Shown here in pieces: positions 1 through 51,299 of a stretch of DNA of 64,000 bases. The notes under the pieces were generated by a model, which was not told the origin of the DNA, made no database searches, and saw only the letters and a list, made by a program, of their open reading frames with translations. Location: positions 1-64,000 of the forward strand of contig JAQGDQ010000821.1 in NCBI GenBank assembly GCA_030141605.1. The letters run 5' to 3'. Within the stretch, counting starts at the first letter, position 1; every line of letters starts with the position of its first letter. Made by a program: the position numbers and the translations under genes. The stretch is from Tubiluchus corallicola. Taxonomy: Eukaryota; Animalia; Priapulida.

Positions 1-465
1 GGTATAGTTTGCAGAATGTGGTAACTGCACTAGGATGGCAGCAGAATGTGGTAACCGCACTAGGATGGCAACACGGGTATAGTTTGCAGAATGTGGTAAC
101 TGCACTAGGATGGCAGCAGAATGTGGTAACCGCACTAGGATGGCAACACGGGTATAGTTTGCAGAATGTGGTAACTGCAGTAGGATGGCAACACAGGTAT
201 AGTTTGCAGAATGTGGTAACTGCACTAGGATGGCAACACAGGTATAGTTTGCAGAATGTGGTAACCGCACTAGGATGGCAACACGGGTATAGTTTGCAGA
301 ATGTGGTAACTGCACTAGGATGGCAACACAGGTATAGTTTGCAGAATGTGGTAACCGCACTAGGATGGCAACACGGGTATAGTTTGCAGAATGTGGTAAC
401 CGCACTAGGATGGCAACACAGGTATAGTTTGCAGAATGTGGTAACCGCACTAGGATGGCAACACA
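1..465. repeat. 45-bp minisatellite (with 30-bp deletion variants) in an intron of the polyamine oxidase gene
   Basis: Unit ggtatagtttgcagaatgtggtaac(t/c)gcactaggatggcaacac(a/g), about 10 copies; continues off the window edge. Confidence 0.95.
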
Positions 466-690
466 GTGCCATTTTATTAAGTGGTGCAAATATTTTATAT
501 TATGAGAATTTTCTTTACACTAAGTAATATAATCTTGTATGGAAAGTTTTTTTTGGATGTCCTTCAAAATTCCCTTTTCTCCCCTTTTGAGATTAGAGAG
601 AAAATAGCAAACCGTACCTGGTAACCACATATGCCTTAAACTGAGGTAGAAGTTCCCCTTTGAAATTAGACAGAAAATAGCAAACCGTAC

Positions 691-3457
691 CTGTTAATCA
701 CATCTGCTTTAAACTGAGGCAAAGGTGGTTGAAATAGCGTCTTTAATTCACTCTTCAAGACTCCTAGAGGAAGTGTAATGATTACATGACTTGTTTGCAA
801 ACGTGTTCCATCCTGACATTCCACTGTTACGCACCTACGAGTGAAAAAAATTCTGTAGTAAATTATCTATTAACAATTAACCTTGGTTAGGAAGCCAAGA
901 GCCATCACCATGCCTTTCCATCATAATGGACAATTGGAAGCCACAAAATGCTTTTATTTAAAATGCATGATGATATTAACAGGCTTTTATTTGTTAAGCA
1001 AGTTCACACATTCAAAACTGTCAACAGTAACACACATTCTATTGGTAATTTTGTCAACAGTAACATGTTTGTTACAGCATACATCCTCATCTTTCTCTGG
1101 CTCTCTCTTGCGTTTTTCTCTTTCTTCATTTTAACAAGTTCATTATCATTGAATTTGCAGCATCGCTGCTCTTGCATTACCTAATCACTACTTTACTTTC
1201 AGCGTTTCTTCCACAAGCTTTCAAAGGCCTTACCAGTAAAACAAATTCTTAGAAAGTAAACCACTTTTTTTATTTTCATAACATCCCATTGTGAGTGATG
1301 AATTATAGTTTTTCTAAAATAATTCTCAAAGATATACGCATGTTAACTCACCTATCATTCTCACCAGTTGTCTGGAGCTTTATTGCTGACACCTGTTTAT
1401 CTAAAAGTATCTTTTCAGTCGGAATTGTGTCCAAGAAGGGCTTCAACAAGTGGCTAAAAGAGGGTTTCAATTCTGTGAACGGCTGTCCGGGACACTCCTT
1501 GTATGCATTATATCCGTCGAGGTGGAGAACATCCATAGTGTCACAAGCACTGTCCGTATTCTCCAGGAATCTGACCCAACGATAAATTCCACGGGCAAGT
1601 TTGGCTTCTTTCTCGTTCAATTTTAAACCTTTCAATTTCTCTTCAAACTGCTCTCTAAAGAAATGCCCGGGTGAAGAATATCCGTGCTGGCCGGCCGGCA
1701 ATTTGCTCATGCTAGTCTCTATATTGTCGATCATCATTATCACCTTTTCTAAAAGCTTACAAGGAACTTCCGTACCGTCAGACATCATGAACAGGTCATT
1801 GTCATCATCCCAGTAACCAGTTACATTCTTGTAAAGTTTTTCGAGCATGCCCAAAGGCTTAATCAGCTTCAGTTTTGCTGCCATGTCGTAGACGGGGTTG
1901 CCTTCTTGCCCGTGTATGAATTGCGCACCTAGTTCAACATACCCATTACCTAGAAGAGAAATAAAAAATAAAATGCAAGGTTTTTAAGTGGCCATTGACG
2001 AAAGATAGTTAGATGAAACGCGTGTAACGAGCAATATGTTTCTCCTCCTTCAACACCTCCCCCGGAATGGTTTTTCTACAAGCGTCTTATAGAAAATTGG
2101 GAGAATTGGGTGGATGGATATACATAATGGGATGGGATGATATGGTGTATTGTTACATTGTGGATTGCTGTTGTGGGTTTATGTACTGAATCCTTTTGTG
2201 AAGTTTGGTGAGCAAGATGTCATCCTACCAAAACTAAATAATGTTAATGATTATATACATACAGCAGGGATGAGAATTTTCCGCGGATACACAGAATTCG
2301 GAGTTTCTGGAAGACCAGTAGTGCCATTTTTGTAAATCGCGTAAATTCGTTGAGAAATTTTTTACGGACCCAGTACATTATTTCACAAACTGACCGCTAG
2401 TTGGCAGGCCGTCACTTTGTTTACATCACGTACATCAGTGTAACCACGTGTATATCTCTGTGTATAAAAATATAGAATCAATTGTGTGGAGTTATTTGAG
2501 TCAATTGCAGACAGTTTTTAATTACTTTTGCATAGGAGCTGCCAGTACTTAGGTGTTTTTGAGACAATTAGGTATCATGTATCCTTGATAGTGGGGTGTT
2601 TTAAATTATGCATGAAACAAGGTAATTGATATTTTAAGTCCACTTAGAGACTCTCTATGGTCACAAAATTGCAATTTGTTGCTGGCTCCCCTTGAACTCC
2701 ATTGGGGGCCTAGGTGGCCCCAAACCCCCGCAGCCTGTTTCAGAGTTTTTTGCAATTTGTCATTCTCATCCCTGATACATACATACAGTAAACTCTGTAT
2801 AAATCGACCCGTTATAACTGGAATTCTTGCGTACCTCGAGCTGATTTCATGGAATGCATTTTCCCCTTCGTTTTTCTTTTCTTACAAACATCAGATAACT
2901 CGAAATCTGTAACTCGAATAATCGTGTAACACAAACTGAATTCCTGGCATAATTCATAAGATCTATTTGAAATTATATTGCCTATCTCGAACTTGAGCGC
3001 GATGCCTCTTTGCACATTACCATGGTCACTGCATGCAGCGACATATTTCCGGGAAAATTACAGTGAGCACGCAAGCACTGTGTCAAGCGATCTCACTGTT
3101 CATTGTTGGTGACAATGCGGCCGAGAAAAAACTGAAAAACGCAAGTAAACCTCTGGACTGCAGAGGAAGAAGTGAGAGAAAGGGAGAGAGAAAGAGAGAT
3201 AGAGAGAGAAGAGAAAAAAAACATCACAGCAAAACTGACCTCTGCCAGGCAAGTAACCAAAAAAGTAGCACATTATACCTAACAGAAGATGACTTACCAT
3301 ACGGAACACTGTAAATCCTTCCACCAATTCTGTCTGTTGCTTCAACAATGAGAATGTCATTAATACCAGTTTTGATTAAGTGTTCAGCTGCTGCAAGGCC
3401 AGCTATACCAGCTCCAATAATCACCAACTCAGTAGAAATCTGGTAACAGCTGTCCAT
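691..3457 (-). CDS. Spermine oxidase / polyamine oxidase (SMOX/PAOX family) FAD amine oxidase, 5' part; continues beyond left edge
   Basis: Coding exons 3457-3298 (MDSCYQISTELVIIGAGIAGLAAA...EATDRIGGRI, Rossmann GxGxxG), 1949-1352 (GNGYVELGAQFIHGQEGNPVY...), 834-691 (CVTVECQDG...HVIITLPLGVLK...FQPPLP). All GT-AG with consistent phases (1,2,2). An acceptor at 3463-3462 implies a 5'UTR exon further upstream. Confidence 0.88.
2265..2774 (+). mobile_element. hAT-like MITE family A, copy 1
   Basis: 13-bp TIRs CAGGGATGAGAAT / ATTCTCATCCCTG; near-identical copies at 11821, 23461, 29035, 42665, 52432; the 29035 copy has a perfect 8-bp TSD. Confidence 0.85.
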
Positions 3458-5814
3458 GTTCCTTTGCAAAAGGTTAAAAAATAAAACTCTATTTCTAACA
3501 ATAAGGGTCTGCAAATTACACCATAATACAGCGTTGTTTACATTAAGAGTTTAAAATGCTTAATTTTCAGTTTTGTAAAGCACTAAAACACGTCTGGAAT
3601 GATCATTAAACTTGTCTAAATAGTTTTCTAAACATGAATCTAAAATTCCATGAGAGTTTTATTGAACTGCTTAGTGTTGTAAAGAATTTGTTACAACAAA
3701 CAAGCAATTCATTGGCCCAAGGACTGAAATCAGACTTTATACTTGTAAATAAAGAATCTTTATTACTTAGCATATACATGTGGAAATTACAGTACACAAT
3801 AATTTGGATGCATACAGTTCGAACGTAAAAGCATAGCTTGACAAGCCAAATTATGCCACAACGAGTCCATTATCACTGACAGGCTAGTTTTATACAGGTA
3901 TTCATTCTCATGAAATTCACCTACCAATATGTGCAATCACATTACTTAATTTATTTAACTTAACTTTCCATCTTCACATTTTTTTTTAAAAAAGCTTTTA
4001 CATATTCTGCATGGTATTTAATGCATGTCGAGATAAATAAAGACTATGTTATGCTGATTACGTACAAGTATTTGAATAAATTTACCTGAACTTTGAGCAA
4101 ACTTGTCTACACAAAACTTTCAGTTTACGCACCCAACAGCATGGCCAGATTCACGCCGACCTGTAACCAGCAATAAGGGTGATCCTGCCCCGAAATTTCT
4201 CCGGTGTTTGTTCACTTGTGATTTTTTACCACTTCGCTTTTTAACAGAAATTTTCCGTTTTGGCTTAAAAATTAAACAGTATCTTATTTACTAAATTTCA
4301 GCTCCCATTAAGTTGTGTCTGTCGAATCTAGTCTTCCCGAAAAGCCACCATTGTTTTCTGTCGTTAACAACAACAGGCAAAACAGCTTGGCAACCAGAAA
4401 ACAATCACCGTCTTTGCGTCCTTAACAACAGCAACGTTGCTGACACCGTCCATTACGTCTTCTTGGCGAGTCAGGGAAGCGTTTCTATTTCTCTGTGACT
4501 CTGTCACTTCGCAATTGCTTCACAAACCATAACAGAAATGTCTGTCTTTTTATTCTTAGCAGTTATTATTACTGTATACGAGGCATTTAGTTCTGCTAGT
4601 GACTAATCCTATAAGATTTCAACGCTGTGTTTTTTAGCTAACTTTTTGCTATTGTAATTACTGTGATTTGTTGTCCCGTGTAATTGGTTTTTAACTTTCA
4701 CTGACTCAACATAAAAATTACTGTTAGCATTTCATTAGAAAAAAGAAATAATCAATGATTAACCATAATTACAGTGAGCATTGCCATATAAGGCAAAATT
4801 TTATTTTAGCATAGCTGAATTAATACATATTGGACTTCAAAAATACCATTATTATCAATACATGAATTTTCACATTTATACATTTTTTTATTTTTTGAGC
4901 CACCGCATGCTAATGTACATTTCCACTTAAATACCTTGTTAAAGCCACTTAAGTAAATTATATGCTCTTATTATTAATAATTCAACAGAGAGGGTCTCAT
5001 AAAATGCGAAAGGAATAAAAATAAACAGATGCATAATGAAAAAGATCAGAAACAAGGATGATATTGTCACCTGAAACTGAGAAGATGTATGGACACATAG
5101 AAACATTACTGTTAAGAGCAATTATATTCCAAATCATTTTTAATGACTGAATTTCAAGATAAGATACTTTGTCAGTAGCATACTAATACAAATTGTGAGC
5201 TAAACACTGACTAGTCTGTTACTGGGGGAAAACAGTAGATTAAAAAATGGCTATTAATGATGCAATCATGACATTTTAAAAAAGAAATCCATACAATACT
5301 GAAACATTACATAATGTTCATAAATTTTATTATTACTACATAATTCACATGCATAAGACCAACGGATACAATGAAGCGTCTTTATAATTTATAAAATGTA
5401 TTGTTGAAAAATAAAATCTAGACAAAAAACTAAAATTGTTACGTTTCAATGTCACAACATATTTGAACTCAATGTCAAAACTCAAAACAAAAACGAACAG
5501 TTTATGTTCCACAATCTTTACTATTCCTCTGCTGCACCTAACTTTGTCAAACTTTGAATGGTGTTGTCTTGTTTTTCAAGCAAATCTTGGTGAAATGTGG
5601 CACATTTCACTTAAAGGAAAACCGGAGAATTGTTTAGACGCAATCTCATTTTAATTTACTGTCCAAAATATACATTTTCTTGCCCTTAAAAGTTAACAAT
5701 TGTTTCTTATATTTGAATAATTAGCTTAGAAAGTTAATTAACGGCAACCGAACACAGCTATTGCTTACGTCAGAAACTAACCACAATTTGTGCAATAGCA
5801 GGTGTCTTAACTTG

Positions 5815-6135
5815 TGTTCCAAGCACGTTTGCGTAAGTGTTACTGCTTAAATGCGAGAAGTCACGAAGATGGACTCTACATCATATGATATCAGAAACTA
5901 ACACTGCAGTTCATGATCATGCTTATCACGGCACCGCCTCTATTTGTCGGCCGCGCGAATGTGACAAAAAAGTGCAGTTGCCAATCTTAGTAAATTCACT
6001 GAGCTGCATATAACTTTGAAAGTTTAACAAAATTTGAGTATCCAAGGTAATTATTATTTAACCTAAGTTTTGATTTAAAAAACCTCTATAGTAGTTTTCA
6101 ATATTTTAGAGCATTCTTTATTCTGAACTAACGTT
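5815..6135. mobile_element. Unclassified interspersed repeat fragment
   Basis: Inverted homologous copy at ~50530-50885 (shared tcagaaactaacactgcagttcatgatcatg and ttttcaatatt..agagcattc blocks). Confidence 0.6.
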
Positions 6136-6479
6136 TACACAATCGTCCAGTTTTCTTTTAAATTACATTTGACTGTAGGGAAAATGTGCTACGGATGCTT
6201 TCACGTTGCACGTGCTGTATAGATATGGAATGCGGTATTCAAGTTAGCTAAGTTACTAGCTGAACATAATAAATGTATGTAAGGTGGACATTTGAAAAAA
6301 TGCAAAGCTGTTTGCAGTATATTCTCTGCAGTAGTTTGGCAGAGGATACAGCAGACAGCATTTTTAAAGACTGACTCTTCATTACGATTCAGTAATAATG
6401 CCCACTTGCTACTAGAATGTAAATCTAGAGCTATTCTGGCAAATCCTTGTTACATAATATCCTCACCATTGGGTAAAAT

Positions 6480-7173
6480 AGATTAGCTGCTTTAAAACAC
6501 AAGAAAACCTTCTACTTACATAAGGCTTGAAAAATTCCTCCTGAAATTTTATATCACTTACATACTGCCTTTTTACATAAAGGACTTCAATTGGCAAGCA
6601 CGCTGTATAAAACACGTAAATTTAAACTCCAGCAGTGACAGTTAGACTCAGACATTGTGACGATAAGTCATTTGAAAAGAGTTTATATAACATTGTGTAA
6701 AGTTTGAAAAACAATCAGAGCATTCGTAGGGCACACGTCACTAACCGAGTAAAATTTTAAATAACTATATCTTGTCAATAAGATTAAAAATACGTTGTTA
6801 GTGAGTGGTGCACCCTGGAGGGCGAGCCAGTGACATTTTACCAATTGGTGAAAACATTTTAAATAATTGAAAATTTTCTTTTCTAGTTACTTAAGTCTTT
6901 CCAGCAGGCAAACAAAATGCTAAGTAATATAGATTTGCATGGAAAGTATTTAGGGACATAATTTAATGTTTCCTTTTCTTCCACTGATTTATGTTTCCGT
7001 AGTGATGTTATGTAATGGCGCCGTCGGAACAGTATTGCGGGAGATTTAAATTGAAAACAAACAAAATTCCATTCAACGCCAGTAAGATATACGCATAAAA
7101 ATGCTGTAAAGTAGTATAATTTTTAAGGCGATTTTTCTGAAGCCTACTTCAGGTACCCGTTTTCTTGTCCTTT
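6480..7173. mobile_element. Interspersed DNA-transposon-like repeat (possibly Kolobok-like end ...ttgtccttta), just 3' of CYB5R4
   Basis: Same-orientation copy at ~11330-11812 and inverted partial copy at ~61855-62230; boundaries approximate. Confidence 0.65.
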
Positions 7174-7224
7174 AGGTCCACCAATAGTATTGGTATATAG
7201 TATTAGTATTCTCCTTTAAGAGAT

Positions 7225-8886
7225 TCAAAAAGAAAATATATGGACATCGTCTTGTGTATATCCCAGCTTTTCTAGATATCCCTGAGTTTCACTGGTAAAT
7301 GGGGTAGGACCACAAACACACACTAATGTATTGCCGTCATTATTATTCGCAGGAATCACTCTGCTGACTATGTCTAATCTAACTCTACCAGTTAGGCCTG
7401 CCCATTTTTCACTATCCGATGACAAGACGTAAGTAACACGAAAGTGGCCGTTGGACGCTGCCTCCAATTCATCCAGTTGATCTTTCCACAGAATGTCACG
7501 CTCAGTTTTGTTGAAGAAAACCAAGTGTACCTGCTGTTGCCCTGTAAACTTTTCAATTAATACCCTGTTTATCAAGCGAATCATCGGCGTGAATCCCGTC
7601 CCGGCTGCAAACATGACTAGACTCTTGCACTCATCCAAGCGACTTAGTTGAAAATTTCCTGCAAAAGAGCTGATTTCTATCGATTCGCCCACCTTCAATT
7701 TACCGATTTCCGGAGACATGATTCCATTTGGATATATTTTTATCATCAGGCAGAGAGAATCTGTGCTGAATTGGTCAGCTTTGAGCGAAGGAAGGACTAC
7801 TGTAAATGGTCTACTTGTTTCAATGCCATTAATGTCTTTTTTCAGGTAAACATGGCACCCTATTGGCGTATACATCCTAGAACCAGCAGGCAAAGCAAAC
7901 TCGAATAACCATGTGTCGTGAGTAACCGCAACCTTCTTGGCAAGAGTAGCTAGTCTACAGCCTAAATTGAGTGAGGTAGTTTTTTCCCAAGTGTTGTGAT
8001 CGTCAAGGTTTTTACCAATATCAGCCCAATTTTTATTTTCAGTTTTATAAAATTTGATATGCACGGTCCCATTACCTTTCACGCTGAAAACATATTCATC
8101 TTTAACATAATCTTCTAATTCAAAATGTATCCTAAACGTATGATTGCGGCAAAAGCAGGACAGTTTCAAGTCTCTGTCAGTTTTATCGATAATAAAATGT
8201 TGATGGTTTATTTCCTCCCAGTCAGTGTAGACCATAATAGTCAGTTCCTCTTCCGTCTGCATCCAGCGATGCTGAGGTTTTGGATTCTTCGATGCAAAAT
8301 CTGTACTAAAAGGAATAGCAAAACCAGAATTAGATGATAACGAAGCGAGCGAGTTGTTAAGGGACCTGAGTTTTTGTGATCTTAGCGCGCCTGGAATGCC
8401 CACCATTTTCCCAACAAGGCACTTGTTCAGCATGGTATCGATGTTTATCCACCGGTGAACTTCGTTGAACAATTCCGTGCCATCCTGACCCGCGCCTCGC
8501 ATCAGTTCGTCAACACCGCCGGGATGAAAATCCACGTAAGCCGTTACGTTATAAACGTTTCCTTTCAAGCACATCCAGCAATCGTCCACCTTGTTATGCT
8601 TCTTCAGCTCTTCAGGGGTGACATCCATATATTGGCCTCCAAGCCCGGTAAGATCTTTACTGCTTGCTCCCAGCCTCACCCAGTCCATCAGAGAGAATCC
8701 AGGCTTTAGGGCTACTTTCTTGCTTCTTTCCAAGGACACGGGAACACCCAAAGAGGGGTTCTGCGATACGGCCAACTGGCCGGATGCAGGACGTTGCGGA
8801 GACGTGGCATCTGGTACCGTTAGGCTGATGGTGCTACCAGACGTAGTCTTGACAATTGCCTTATCGCTTTGCGGAACATTCAACAT
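7225..8886 (-). CDS. CYB5R4: Cytochrome b5 reductase 4 (NCB5OR): cytochrome b5 + CS + b5-reductase domains, intronless CDS, 553 aa
   Basis: Single ORF. First in-frame ATG at 8886 gives MLNVP, the family N-terminus; then KVALKPGFSLMDWVRL, heme-binding FHPGG, FAD motif RPFT...KIYPNGIMS, NADH motifs AAGTGFTPM and VCGPTPF. The ORF-track start at 8976 is a GTG. Confidence 0.95.
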   Translation of the reverse strand: MLNVPQSDKAIVKTTSGSTISLTVPDATSPQRPASGQLAVSQNPSLGVPVSLERSKKVALKPGFSLMDWVRLGASSKDLTGLGGQYMDVTPEELKKHNKVDDCWMCLKGNVYNVTAYVDFHPGGVDELMRGAGQDGTELFNEVHRWINIDTMLNKCLVGKMVGIPGALRSQKLRSLNNSLASLSSNSGFAIPFSTDFASKNPKPQHRWMQTEEELTIMVYTDWEEINHQHFIIDKTDRDLKLSCFCRNHTFRIHFELEDYVKDEYVFSVKGNGTVHIKFYKTENKNWADIGKNLDDHNTWEKTTSLNLGCRLATLAKKVAVTHDTWLFEFALPAGSRMYTPIGCHVYLKKDINGIETSRPFTVVLPSLKADQFSTDSLCLMIKIYPNGIMSPEIGKLKVGESIEISSFAGNFQLSRLDECKSLVMFAAGTGFTPMIRLINRVLIEKFTGQQQVHLVFFNKTERDILWKDQLDELEAASNGHFRVTYVLSSDSEKWAGLTGRVRLDIVSRVIPANNNDGNTLVCVCGPTPFTSETQGYLEKLGYTQDDVHIFSF

Positions 8887-10613
8887 GTTTTCGAGCTTTT
8901 CATTTTCTTGATCAGTAACAAGTGGGAGCACCACCGCATGGGTGGGAGATGACGTTGAGCACCCCAGTTTTGCCACTTATAAGAAGCTTAACAGTATAAT
9001 CAAAATTAAATAAAGCTTCATTACACTTTGGTCTTTTCTCGGCAGCAAATATTTTGGTGTTCAGGTGACAAACTGCTGTCCAATCATCTCACAAAATCTA
9101 AAAAAGAAGTATTATAAAAACAAGGCTTTCGATTTAGGATAATTTAAAAAAGTACGCAGATGCGAAATATTTCCCCCGAAGACTAGATGACTGTATCATC
9201 TGTATGGTTGTTCATCGCCACGTCTCTATAACTCTGTATTAAACTATACTGTACATTTTGGCAATATGACTAACAGGAAAGAGAAAAACAAAGAAACTGA
9301 ATTGAATCCACTAGCAATCATTCTCACAATTCTGCTGCTAGTACTACTCACTAAAAGGTGTATTGCTGTTCCTGAGTTGTCGCTGGACCTAGCTTCAACG
9401 GTTATTATTATTCTTACGAACTATGCCAAGGTAACTAGCAGTGTCAATACTACTACTATTACTAGACCTAACTAAGGCAAGAAAAAAAGTAAAAACTACT
9501 GCTGTCAAAAATGTAGCGGTAAATTACCATAAGACTATAACTGTGTAAGAAACTAGGTACCTCACGCAGAGTTAGATTGGTTTTACACATTCTCTTGCAA
9601 TAATAAAACATTAAATGTTCTAAAGTAATTCCAATGAAATGAAAAGTATTGAAACATGAGTTTTTTCCTTTGAGAAATTTGTTACAATAAGGTGTTTCTT
9701 TTGTCGTGTGGGTTGACATGACGGTCTTTTTCAGAGATTTCCCCTATTGTTTTTGACGAATGGAGAGAGAAAGTGGTAAAGTACGTGATGATATTACTTT
9801 CGCTAATTATTAATTTTTTAAAACGTCACATGATAAATAGGATACGCCGTAATTAACCGATTACGTCCCTGGTTAATTAAAAATTTAAACAATTGCACTT
9901 AAGAGCCACACAGGCATTAATTGCAGAACGTAGTCATAGAGTAAAAAGTCTTTATTAATTAGCCAAAATCGATGCCGATTTTTATGGCTATAGAGGGCCC
10001 ATGCCACGATCAAGCAGTTCCGTGTAGAAAATTAGAAATGTGTAGTAGATTTCAGAAACTTGCATGACGGATATTGGCTTTTAAAGCATTGTTATCTCGA
10101 AGCCCTAAATCGCTTTGAATTAGGTGCTAGCGACACTCTAAACTATACCACTTGTTCGGTGAGAAAAAAACATGCTGTTGTAGTTGATGCTTGTGTAAGA
10201 ACAGTTTCTTAGAGTGACCGCGAGTGGACTGTAGATGTTCAGTTTTCAATAGTTTCAACAACTAATTTAAAGAAATTGTGGGAAGATAGCAAACTATACT
10301 TGAGTAACCTGGTATGGGCCGCTTGTATACGCTTTGCAGTGTGTAGTAGGATAAGGTCCGAACGGGTTAGAACAGCAACTTTTTAGTAGACAAATTTAAT
10401 TAGAAGTTTTTGGAAACATTTTGGCACTAGGAGAAGATGTGCTGAGGAAAATAACTTTAGCATAAATTTTAGCGAAGGGGGTTCCAATCAGTTCACTGAA
10501 AAAAGGTGAGAGAAGAGCTTACAATTATGGCAGAATTATGTTATACAGCTAATATGTTTTTGAACAATAAACCACGACCTTATTTTGAAAACTGGATGAG
10601 TGATATGTATAAT

Positions 10614-11164
10614 TAGGGTTACCATATTGTCTGAGTTGAAAAAGAGGACCACATGTCAAGCATTTGGCTTCTCAGTAATATTGACCTGCACGAAAACACG
10701 GGTACTTGGCCTTCATTTCATCTATAAATGCACGCTGTCATTTCGGCATTGCTACTTTCTAAGTAACTGTTACCAGTTACCCTCAAAACTGCAAAACAGC
10801 GAAACTATGCAAATTTAAAGAAATTCACATAAAAACAAACGAAATGGCTCCCGGAAGCTGACGTCATTTTAAGTCGTTAGCGAATACGCCGAATATCGAC
10901 AGCGGTGTGAGTCGTGTGACCCATTGTGATGTGCGCATCGCTTACTTTTGTTCAGTAAATATGTACACAAAGCTTTTACAAGGGTTGCATTTTGAGATGT
11001 TAGCAACATCTTGTATTGAACATTAACGAGCTTTTCTTTGTCTCGTACTGTCGCACGCCTCTGCAGTTGGCAACGTCTGTACATACTTACGGACTGAGGC
11101 AAAACCCGGACATAGGCCCAAAAAGAGGACGTGTCCGGGGACACCCGGATGTATGGTAACCCTA
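10614..11164. mobile_element. hAT-like MITE
   Basis: TIRs TAGGGTTACCATA / TATGGTAACCCTA; 8-bp TSD TGTATAAT / TGTGTAAT (7/8 match). Confidence 0.82.
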
Positions 11165-11329
11165 TGTGTAATACTGAATTGCTAATGAGAGCAAAAATTG
11201 GTGTATTCGAGATTAATGGAAATGCAGTATTTAGATGGAAGATAGCTGAATGTGTAGACTTTGTAAGTTTTCGAGAATTTGCATCACATTTTACTGTACT
11301 GTTCGATAGATGAAGCCATTTTAATGGTA

Positions 11330-11812
11330 GATCGTTTGAAATGAGTTTAGATAACATTAAGTCAAGTTTGAAAAATAATCAGAGCATTCGTAGCATACAT
11401 GTTGCTAAATCAGTAAAATTTTAAATTATTGTGTCTTGTCAGCATGATTAAAAATATGTTTTTGGCTAGTGAGTGGTGCACCTTGGAAGGTGAGTCAGCG
11501 AAACATTTTAAGTTATTAGTCTAGTTACATAAGTCTTTCCAGCAGGTAAGTGAAATGCTAAGTAGTATAGATTTGCATGGAAAGTTTTTGGGGACATATT
11601 TTAACATTTCCTTTTCTTCCCCTGATTTACGTGGCGTAGTGATGTCATATAATGGCATCCTCGGAACAGTATTGTGGGAGATTTAAAATGAAAACAAACA
11701 AAAATTCCTCCCAACACGAATACGGTATATGCATAAAATTGCTGTAAAGTTTTTTATTTTTTTAAGGCGATTTTTCTGAAACCTACTTCAGGTGCCCCAT
11801 TTCTTGTCCTTC
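11330..11812. mobile_element. Second copy of the repeat at 6480-7173
   Basis: Colinear identity with 6700-7173 (aatcagagcattcgtag...gtgagtggtgcacc...ttcttgtcctt). Confidence 0.65.
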
Positions 11813-11820
11813 AAATTTTC

Positions 11821-12320
11821 CAGGGATGAGAATTTTCCGCGGATACGCAGAATTCCGAGTTTTTGGAAGACCAGTAGTGCCATTTTTGTAAATCGTGTAA
11901 ATTCGTTGAGAAAATTTTTACGGACCCAGTACATTATTTCACAAACTGACCTCTAGTTGGCAGGCCGTCACTTTGTTTACAACACGTACATCAGTGTAAC
12001 CACGTGTATATCTCTATGTATAAAAATATAGAATCAATTGTGCGGAGTTATTTGAGTCAATTGCAGACAGTTTTTATTTACTTTTGCGTAGGAGTGGCCA
12101 GTACTTAGGCGTTTTTGAGACAATTAGGTATCATGTATCCTTGATAGTTGGGTATTTTAAATTATGCATGAAACAAGGTAACTGATATTTTAAGTCTTAG
12201 AGGCTCTCTATGGTCACAAAATTGCAATTTGTTGCTGGCTCAGAGGGGCTCGCCCTCTTGAACCCCCACGGCCCCCAAACCCCCGTCAGAGTTTTTTGCA
12301 ATTTGTCATTCTCATGCCTG
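11821..12320 (+). mobile_element. hAT-like MITE family A, copy 2 (upstream of WDR11 first coding exon)
   Basis: CAGGGATGAGAAT ... ATTCTCATGCCTG. Confidence 0.85.
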
Positions 12321-12411
12321 ATTTTTGCTTTACGACTCCTTAGATTAATGTTTTATTTTAGGCTTTTGTTTTTGGAAATCTGAGATGATTTGATAAGATG
12401 CAAAAGTCGGC

Positions 12412-51299
<38,888 letters not shown>

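Noticed and set aside
9-527. 172-aa repetitive ORF (QNVVTALGWQHRYSL)n
   Set aside because: Translation of a 45-bp minisatellite, non-ATG start, antisense within an intron of the oxidase gene.
8887-8976. ORF-track start of CYB5R4 at 8976
   Set aside because: It is a GTG; the first in-frame ATG at 8886 gives the family-typical MLNVP N-terminus.
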